This document shows positions 18,373 through 26,807 of a stretch of DNA of 64,000 nucleotides, piece by piece (the first letter of the stretch is position 1; each line of letters starts with the position of its first letter). The DNA comes from Candidatus Latescibacterota bacterium (GTDB lineage Bacteria; Latescibacterota; UBA2968; UBA8231): the NCBI GenBank assembly GCA_965248265.1, contig CBDFJF010000001.1, positions 256,001-320,000 of the forward strand, written 5' to 3'. The notes below the pieces were generated by a model, which did no database searches, was not told where the DNA came from, and saw only the letters and a list, made by a program, of their open reading frames with translations. Made by a program: the position numbers and the translations under genes.

Positions 18373-18636
18373 TTACAGTCCACGCTTCCCACCATAGAGG
18401 TCGTATTCGGCCCGAACGACATCTGCAAGCCGGAACCTGATAGTCTTCGAGCCAAAACGCACGCCTGGCAGGTGAACACCAGACGGGTGATTTCCGTTGG
18501 CGATCTTCATCACTTCCTTCCTACTGATCTTCCATCGATCCATCAGCATCTCGGGCGCGACGAGCTTTTCGCCGTTGATGATAGCGTCGGCCTCTTCGCT
18601 CGCGTAATCCTCATACGTAGTCTTCATCGGCATCAA
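18373..18636 (-). CDS. Excisionase/AlpA-like small winged-HTH protein
   Basis: LMDRWKISRKEV...LPGVRFGSKTIRFRLADV; adjacent to att. Confidence 0.7.
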   Translation of the reverse strand: MMPMKTTYEDYASEEADAIINGEKLVAPEMLMDRWKISRKEVMKIANGNHPSGVHLPGVRFGSKTIRFRLADVVRAEYDLYGGKRGL

Positions 18637-18687
18637 CCAATATCACCGTCCACCGCATCCGACAAGGTGGCAATGTTCCCGATTGGT

Positions 18688-18791
18688 GTGAACGGTGCAC
18701 CTTGGTGAACCATTTCCCGGACTAGCGCTCGAGAGTCCTGAATCCAAGTTGCTATCCTAACTTGTGGTTCACGAAGGTTCACAAGGTTCAC
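18688..18791. repeat. Opposed hexamer iterons (putative origin)
   Basis: GTGAAC at 18688 and 18705; GTTCAC at 18767, 18777 and 18786, at the primase 3' end. Confidence 0.45.
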
Positions 18792-20466
18792 TCCCGAGTA
18801 GGCGAAGGCCTCTCCACCGTACGCCTGATCTTGTTTTGATTCTCTCGAAGCCACGTTCTCTTAGCCGCGGGGCAAGGGCCTTCTGCGAGATGTTAGTCCC
18901 GCTCCATTTCCGGTAAGCCTCAACGAGTTCTGTCGAACCTACCTTCGCTGAGGGTTCTATAGAGCAGTGTTCAGAGAGAAATCCTGCTAGTATGTCCTCC
19001 TCCGCCCGATAAGCGGCCGTCGCTTCGGCCACCTCGTCTGGTATTCCCAAACCGTTAGCTGCCCACTCAAGGCAGCCGCGGACGGCCCAAGCCAAAATAC
19101 CGGGGAATTCCTCCTTCAGCTTGGCAGGCAGGGATTGGTCCTGCTCACCTCGGGAAATCGTGACATTGAAAGGTATCAGGTGGATCCGGCGCCAGATGGC
19201 GTTGTCAGTCCCTTTGACATTGGGCTTGTGATTGGCCCCGAGCCAGGTCTTGTGGGTTGGCCAAAACTCGCGAAAGTCTTGCCTCATTTTACGGGCAGTC
19301 AGTCGATCGCCGCCCGTTATCTGCTTTACTAGGCTCTCAGCGAGCCGTCGCCCATCCTCGATCTCCATGGCCACCGCTAAGCGCGCCCCCTCCAGGTCGG
19401 CCAGTCCGGTTGGATGCGCGTCTCCGTGTCGGACCAGCAACAGGTCTGGCTCGACCTGTTTACCGTAGGCTCCGAGCAGAGACAATAGGACGTTCAGCAT
19501 CGTGCTTTTGCCATTGGCTCCGGCCCCGTGAAGGAAGAAGAGCACATGTTCTCTGGTGTCACCCGTCAGCGAGTAACCAACGGCGCGGCATAGGAACTCC
19601 ACCAGACTTGTGCTGCCGCCGAGGACTTGGAATAAAAAGCGATCCCAGACCGGGCATGTTGCTGATGGGTCGTACGGAACCTTGATGATGCGTGTTATCA
19701 GGTCATCTCGGCGGTGAGGTTTCAACTCTCCCGTGCGGAGGTCTATCGTGCCATTCTTGACGTTTAGCAAGAAGGGGTCACAATCGAACTCTTCTAGTAG
19801 GACCGGGATTCCAAGTTCGCTCTCTGCCAGTTTCAACATGGCACGCAACTTGGGTTCCGACTGCGATCGCATTGCGTGTTTCACAAGCTCTTTGCACTTG
19901 TCATTGTCTTCAATTTTCGCGGCCTCGGTTAAGATGTCGAGGGCCGTTAGCTTCGCGAAACGCATAACTTCAGCAGTCTCATCGAGAGCCCACCGCTGGC
20001 CGTCCCAGACGTACCACTTGCCATTGGTATGGCAGAATCTGAGTTCGCTGCTAAGCTCGAACACTAGGCGGCGTGCGTTGCCCAAGTCAGTCAGATGTCT
20101 GGGGGTAGGGCCGGTCTGTGAAGGAAGAGTCTCCTCGATCTGCTGATGACCGTTGGACTTGTCAGGGGCGGAAGCGGCCGTTGATGTCGGTGACGCAATC
20201 GCACGTGCAGCTCTCGCCTGGGCCTGACGCCTCTTGGGTGTTTCTGGAAACAGATCCTTCATCGCCAACCCCCGGGCTTTCATGACGTCGCGGGTTTCGC
20301 AGCCCGCGTGGCAGTTCACTAGGCAGACCCCGTCCTCCGTGAGTTCAACTGAAAGAGAAGGTTTTCGGTCATCGTGTGCCGGGCAACAGACCGTAAACTT
20401 GCCGTTCCGAGGCCCTCCGTGGGGAGGGAGGGCCTTGAGAATGTCGTAGGCTCTTGCTATAGTCAT
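18769..20466 (-). CDS. Phage/plasmid primase-helicase, P4/D5 family, with N-terminal Zn finger
   Basis: CPAHDDRKPSLS..NCHAGC; TDLGNARRL; LNVKNGTIDL; HGAGANGKST; VKQITGGD; AIWRRI; start taken at MTIAR. Confidence 0.9.
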   Translation of the reverse strand: MTIARAYDILKALPPHGGPRNGKFTVCCPAHDDRKPSLSVELTEDGVCLVNCHAGCETRDVMKARGLAMKDLFPETPKRRQAQARAARAIASPTSTAASAPDKSNGHQQIEETLPSQTGPTPRHLTDLGNARRLVFELSSELRFCHTNGKWYVWDGQRWALDETAEVMRFAKLTALDILTEAAKIEDNDKCKELVKHAMRSQSEPKLRAMLKLAESELGIPVLLEEFDCDPFLLNVKNGTIDLRTGELKPHRRDDLITRIIKVPYDPSATCPVWDRFLFQVLGGSTSLVEFLCRAVGYSLTGDTREHVLFFLHGAGANGKSTMLNVLLSLLGAYGKQVEPDLLLVRHGDAHPTGLADLEGARLAVAMEIEDGRRLAESLVKQITGGDRLTARKMRQDFREFWPTHKTWLGANHKPNVKGTDNAIWRRIHLIPFNVTISRGEQDQSLPAKLKEEFPGILAWAVRGCLEWAANGLGIPDEVAEATAAYRAEEDILAGFLSEHCSIEPSAKVGSTELVEAYRKWSGTNISQKALAPRLRERGFERIKTRSGVRWRGLRLLGSEPCEPS

Positions 20467-20563
20467 TTCATCGGATCCATACGGCCCGCCGCTTTCGCCT
20501 CCCAGCTTAGTGACGGGCCGTTTTTCTGTTATGCAGCAGGACACATCGCCCTGCTGTTTGGTT

Positions 20564-20758
20564 TCACACCACGTTCCGGTCCGTGATTAGGTGGCGTAGT
20601 CCGACGGCAAGGCGCTGCCTTGTACGGGTAGTCGGACGGCAGATGCGACCGTTGAGGAGGCGGCTCAGGTAGTAAATCGACAGGCCTGTCTCCCGAGCGA
20701 GATCACTGTTGGTGGCCTCGAGCGCTTGCAAGATCATTCTGATTCTGAGCGGGTTCAT
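20564..20758 (-). CDS. XRE/Cro-type HTH regulator
   Basis: NSDLARETGLSIYYLSRLLNG..RP. Confidence 0.7.
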   Translation of the reverse strand: MNPLRIRMILQALEATNSDLARETGLSIYYLSRLLNGRICRPTTRTRQRLAVGLRHLITDRNVV

Positions 20759-20785
20759 CAGTTCTCGTGGGTTTCGGGGAAGAAC

Positions 20786-20868
20786 AAAAAAAAGGGGCTC
20801 GCGGTCTGTGGCACGCACTCCGACCCGTTCCTCCACGGAGAAGTGAATGCCACTGACCGAGAACCCCT
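20786..20868 (-). terminator. Long stem-loop with U8 tail in the leader of the XRE-primase operon
   Basis: Pairing AGGGG/CCCCT, CGGTC/GACCG, GTGGCA/TGCCAC, CTCCG/CGGAG, followed by a T8 run on the minus strand. Confidence 0.55.
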
Positions 20869-21057
20869 ACCCTCATCTATGCGATGACCAGGGAGATCCC
20901 TGCTATGATGCTTTTACAATACCAAGCCCTTGTGTCTTTGGCAAGACAAGTATTTGCTGTTCCATGTAAAACCGGCTAAACCGGCGGTCTGATCCGGTCG
21001 GCGCCCCGGGATTGTTCCACGGCAAGTCCCGCAACTTCTTGCCTTGCTTAAGAAGCC

Positions 21058-22038
21058 CTAAAGCCCGTCCTGCGTTCCTCTCAGCGATTCGAATCGCCGG
21101 AACGCGGCCCGAGCAGCTTCAGGGTTCACTTCGGCGTACTGAAGTGTCGTCCTAAGGCTGCGATGCCCCATGAGTTGCTTGAGAGCCAATGAATCGATCA
21201 CTCCTGCCCGTTCGGAGCCAAAAGCATGGCGCAGCTGATGAATTGTGGCCGCCTTTCCTCCGCTGGTCACGCCAACGGAATACCGTCGGAACAGCCGATA
21301 AGCCATGTCGTAGCTCAGTGCCTCGCCGCTCGATTCCGAAAACTGCCGCGAGATGAACAGGGGCCCATTCGAGGGGTTTCCTCTCTCTCGGAGGTATCTC
21401 TTGATCAGAGCCACAACTCGCTGGCTGACGAAACCTTGGCGCTCTCGTTCACCCTTGCCCCATACCCGCATGGTCCCTTCACTCAGATCCACGTCCTCAA
21501 TCCTCAGAGTTAGGGCTTCGCGAATCCGCAGACCTGAATCATACAACAGCGTGAAAAGTGCCTTGTCCCGTGGTGCCTCGATGCGTCCCAGGATCACCTT
21601 GACTTGATCCTTCGTGAGAGGGCGGGGAAGTCGCGTAGGTGTCCGTTTCCGCTGCAGGCCCTCCATCGGGTTTGCACGCAGGGTCGCCCTGGTTCTTAGT
21701 GTTGGGACTTCTGGGAGTTTCACGATCCAGTTGAAGAAGTTGTGAAGGGTTCCGAAATGCCGGTTGTATGTGGCGGGTGACACCGGATTGCCCTCCGCCG
21801 TCGTAAGATTACCCAGATACTCGGAGATTTCGGTGCCACTGACGTCGGAGATGCGCCTGTCTCCGAATTGAGCCTCGAAGCGCCTAAGGTCCGCTCGGAA
21901 AGCCTTCCCCGTGTTCACGCTGAAATCGTGATCAGGGCTGCGAAATTCCTTCGATGCCTTGCTGATGGTGAGGACTTTGGGCTGAGGTCTTCCGGGGCGC
22001 CCGAGCTCCCCCAGGCTTGGATTGGGTGTCGAGTTCAA
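21058..22038 (-). CDS. Tyrosine recombinase (XerC/D-like, no arm-binding domain)
   Basis: LYDSGLRIREAL (R), WGKG (K), HQLRH, LMGHRSLRTTLQY. Confidence 0.92.
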   Translation of the reverse strand: MNSTPNPSLGELGRPGRPQPKVLTISKASKEFRSPDHDFSVNTGKAFRADLRRFEAQFGDRRISDVSGTEISEYLGNLTTAEGNPVSPATYNRHFGTLHNFFNWIVKLPEVPTLRTRATLRANPMEGLQRKRTPTRLPRPLTKDQVKVILGRIEAPRDKALFTLLYDSGLRIREALTLRIEDVDLSEGTMRVWGKGERERQGFVSQRVVALIKRYLRERGNPSNGPLFISRQFSESSGEALSYDMAYRLFRRYSVGVTSGGKAATIHQLRHAFGSERAGVIDSLALKQLMGHRSLRTTLQYAEVNPEAARAAFRRFESLRGTQDGL

Positions 22039-22106
22039 GATATTCTACCAGTTCTGCCCCAAAATAGGGGCCGTAAGTTGTTGTATTGCCATAGCGGAAT
22101 AAATGC

Positions 22107-22140
22107 GAGTTCAAGATACCTTGTCAAGTATCTTGAGCTC
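22107..22140. promoter_or_regulatory. 13-8-13 inverted repeat, putative recombinase core site; extra half-site at 22031..22042
   Basis: GAGTTCAAGATAC-cttgtcaa-GTATCTTGAGCTC (1 mismatch); GAGTTCAAGATA repeated over the TTG start. Confidence 0.6.
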
Positions 22141-22165
22141 ATTTACATCAGGTTGCCCGTCCTGC

Positions 22166-23233
22166 TCAGATCGGGTTCGAAACCGTTGCCACAGACTCCA
22201 ACAAGGATATCAGCCGTTCGTGGATCGAACGCCAGTCGTCGGCGAGGTTGACTGTAGCCACACGCAGCGGGTAACCTCGGACCACATAACGCAGGTCGAG
22301 ATCATACTCGACAGTCGGATAGAGAAGCATCCCCTCCGGGGTGGTACCCGAAGAGCAATCTGTATTGGCGAGATAGGCATGCATCTGGTAGAGATTCGCC
22401 GAGTGTACCGTCTCGCGATCGTAATTCGACTGTAACGCCTCGTAGTAGTATTTGGTGTCGATGATCATGTGACGGTTCTTTGATCGTAGTGAGACGTCGG
22501 TCCGCATCCCGGGGAGGAATTGAGAGCCGTGTTCGCTTAGGGATACGGCGTCCCAAGAGATCTTCTCGGAGCCTACTGTCGAGAACTCCGCCTGCTCGCG
22601 GGCGTAGAAGTTCCGTACAAAGTCCTCGAAGAGACGCTCCATCTGCCGACGGTCTTTCGTAAAGTCCCGGAATCTTGTGCGGCCCGTTTCCTCGGAGACA
22701 AATAGGTTCTGGTTCACAAGGGTGCAGAGATCTATCAGAAACCCATAAACTTTCGACTGACTGCCTATCTGGACAGCCCGGAAGGTCAATCCCGATACCG
22801 GTATGACCTCGATCCCATCCAGTCGCCTGCACATACCACCGCAGAGCTCGCGAGATTGCTGATCAACACAGTGTGCTCGAGCCAGCCGCCATAGGGTGCT
22901 CTTGATGATCCTGTTGGGTAGAGTGTCATAGCTCAGTTCGTCGTAACGGCAATGGAGCCGCCCCAGCGGGGCCAGTTGTCGTTTGACCGTCTCCGAGAAG
23001 TCCAACCTGCCTCTAAGTCCACGGATGTCAGCTGTCGTCTCAATGTAACCCCTTCCCATACCCCTACGTATCAGGTGCGCTGTCCCGTTCGCCAGAACCC
23101 TAGCCAGGAGATCAAGAATGCCGACGCCTGACTGAGTCTCAACGGCGGTCAGCTCTCCCTCTTCGAGTCTATTCCATGCGTAGGAGAGCAGGTAGTAGAC
23201 GTTTCGAATAGGTATCTGGCGTGGGTTACTCAC
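22166..23233 (-). CDS. mcrC: McrC restriction endonuclease subunit
   Basis: IPIRNVYYLLSYAW, LFEDFVRNFY, MRTD..L...IIDTKYY, NLYQMHAY, GMLLYP. Confidence 0.92.
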   Translation of the reverse strand: MSNPRQIPIRNVYYLLSYAWNRLEEGELTAVETQSGVGILDLLARVLANGTAHLIRRGMGRGYIETTADIRGLRGRLDFSETVKRQLAPLGRLHCRYDELSYDTLPNRIIKSTLWRLARAHCVDQQSRELCGGMCRRLDGIEVIPVSGLTFRAVQIGSQSKVYGFLIDLCTLVNQNLFVSEETGRTRFRDFTKDRRQMERLFEDFVRNFYAREQAEFSTVGSEKISWDAVSLSEHGSQFLPGMRTDVSLRSKNRHMIIDTKYYYEALQSNYDRETVHSANLYQMHAYLANTDCSSGTTPEGMLLYPTVEYDLDLRYVVRGYPLRVATVNLADDWRSIHERLISLLESVATVSNPI

Positions 23234-24880
23234 TTCAAGAGCCCGTCGATCTCCGTGTCGAGTCTCTTCTGGTCGCCTTCGTCAAACCAGTATTCTCTTA
23301 ACAAGGGCGCTATCTCATGTCGGATCTTGCGCTCATACCAGGCATTGTCGAACGGGCCTACTTCGCCGGGTTTGGGGCAGAAGAAACTATGCCCGATGCA
23401 GTACCCTGTGCCCAAGTCCCGTGTGTTCTCCGAAATCGCCTTGTTCAACGCGCCCATCTTGGAAACGATTCTGTCGACGAGCGGACCTCCGACGCCAGTA
23501 TTGATGAGCACATCCCTAAAACGTGTGCTACGGAACGCCGGCTTCATGTCCACGAAAACGAACCTCCGACGGAGCGCGTAGTCAACCATGGCGAGGGACC
23601 GATCTGCGGTATTCATAGTCCCGATCAGAAACACGTTCTCTGGTACATAGAACCGGTCTCCATCTGGCTGATAAACTAGACTGACTCCTAACGCTGGATC
23701 TCGTTTGTCGTGCTCGATTAGCATGAGGAGTTCACCGAAAATTCTACTGAGATTACCCCGGTTTATTTCGTCGATGATCATCACATGTGGGTCATTAGCG
23801 TTCTTGAGGGCGTTCTCCACGAATTTGAAGAAGATCCCGTTCCTTAGCTCAAACCCCCCGGTGTCCCTTGGCCGGAATCCCTGGACGAAGTCTTCGTACG
23901 CATAGGATTGGTGAAACTGGACCGTGACTAGCTGCTCAATCCGCTCTTGTCCTAGCAGAGTCTTCGCGATTCTTCGGGCAGCGAATGTCTTCCCTACTCC
24001 TGGTGGACCCTGCAAGATTAGATTTTTCTTCTCACGTAGCAGCCCGAATGCTTCGTCAAACTCACTGGGTTCCATAAACAGGTCCGCGAGAGCGTCTTCC
24101 CGCGTGTAGGGAACGTCCCCCGAAGGCTTTGGTGCGGAGTCACGCGTTTCCGCCCAGGCAACGTAGGCACCTAGAAGCGAGGCCAGTTTGTTGTCCAGGT
24201 CAGATTGCGCCGAATTCTCTATCTCCATCTCACTTATGAACATCTCTAGCGACATTGCCAGGTAATAATCCCGCCCTAGTGTTCCCTTGGCGGGTTCCAC
24301 CGTGGGGCGATTGGTAGTGTCATCGTTTGCTGTCCAGAAGCTCTCAGTAAGTGCGGAAAGACCGTTGAGTTCTTCTGCTACCGTACGTGCCTTGTGCGTA
24401 CCGGTTTTGCCGGGATTCTCTGTTGTTGAGGCGCCGATGCCCAGGCGAATCCCCGGGCCGTCCGGGCTTCCATTCTCAGCACCGAATAGGAAGTGCACCA
24501 CGGGATACACTCCCGTCGTAGGCTTCGACGTAACGCGAGTGTCATACACAGCAACCCATGGCGTGACCGCCCAATTCCCAAGCCCGCAGGATGCACCACC
24601 CTTCCAGTGCTCGTTCGGTACCAGGAACTGTGCAAGTTTCTCAAACTCTCGAGCAAGGTCTTTACTCAACTGATAGATTTCTGTGTCAGAAGAGAAGGTC
24701 TCTGGTCTGTCTGGATAGACCTCCAGGAAAAGCTGGCAGAGTTCCCAGAACCCATAGGAATCGCCAGCCTCATCTGTACCCGCCTCCACACCAACCTCAC
24801 GTACCTCACCTGGCCTACGCTTGTTCTGCTCGAAAGCCACAAACTCTGGAAATCGCCTCAAATAGGGGTCGGTTATCCTA
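23230..24880 (-). CDS. mcrB: McrB AAA+ GTPase with DUF3578-like domain; 5' end removed at the IS3 junction
   Basis: NLILQGPPGVGKT, VQFHQSYAYEDFVQG, IIDEINRGN, GTMNTADRS, ALRRRF; G.GNWAVTPWVAVYD...GVY domain; native start missing. Confidence 0.88.
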
Positions 24881-24931
24881 TGAATCGCCCCGGGGTTGCC
24901 GGAGGCTCCATTTCTTGAGAGGATTGGAGTC

Positions 24932-26163
<1,232 letters not shown>

Positions 26164-26193
26164 CCGAGTCTCCGAAAAACCCGGGGCGATTCA

Positions 26194-26490
26194 GTTCCGT
26201 ATGCGATTGTAGGATAACTGGGTCACATACCCTCTGGCGAACAAATCGCGAGTGGCCTCAAGCTCATGTCGCAGGGTGTCGGCTGCTGCTCGGCGATGAG
26301 ACAGTAGCAGGTGACGCTCCCGGAGCTCCAGCTGGCTCAGCTCCTGGTCCCTCGTCAACGCGTCCGCAGAAAGCAGGTCAGGCACGATGAGAATCACCAG
26401 CAGGGTGATTGCGGCTGAGAGACGGATTCCAATTGGCGAGTGTGTTCGCACGGACTGGGGCCTGGCCGGATCGAGGGTGGTCTTCGTCAA
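26194..26490 (-). pseudogene. 5' fragment of a secreted/membrane coiled-coil protein truncated by IS3
   Basis: Hydrophobic leader LSAAITLLVILIV then helical segment; stop codon lies inside the IS right end. Confidence 0.5.
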
Positions 26491-26807
26491 GAGGGTCTAC
26501 GGGCGGGGCAGGTGGGAGAGGTTAGCTATCGCGGGACCACAAATCAATCATCAACGATTTCGAATCGAAACTCCAGTAAGATCCCGGTGCCACTCGCTTG
26601 TCTGTTTGTGGGTATTTTTGTGCATTTGTAGGGATGTCAGCCCAACTGGGGCGTTGTTAGGTTGGCTCCAATAGCACTTAAAGTTATATTTGACCTCATC
26701 TTACGATTTTCATGGAGGCTCCGCGGTGGTGCTGTCAAAGCTAGTCTCGGTAGCCTTCTCTTTGCCCGAATAACGGCGGTTCTCCAGGTCAATTCCCGAA
26801 GCGCGCT

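Larger units (their letters stand above)
18269..24880 (-). mobile_element. Integrative satellite-like element (PICI/P4-like replication module) with McrBC cargo; far end truncated by IS3
   Basis: tRNA att fragment, Xis-like gene, primase-helicase, XRE, tyrosine recombinase, mcrC/mcrB, all on the minus strand; visibly lower GC and different codon usage than flanks. Confidence 0.8.

Noticed and set aside
18633-18854. 73-aa ORF between primase and Xis-like gene
   Set aside because: Overlaps the primase 3' end and iteron region with no motifs; cannot be supported, though not excluded
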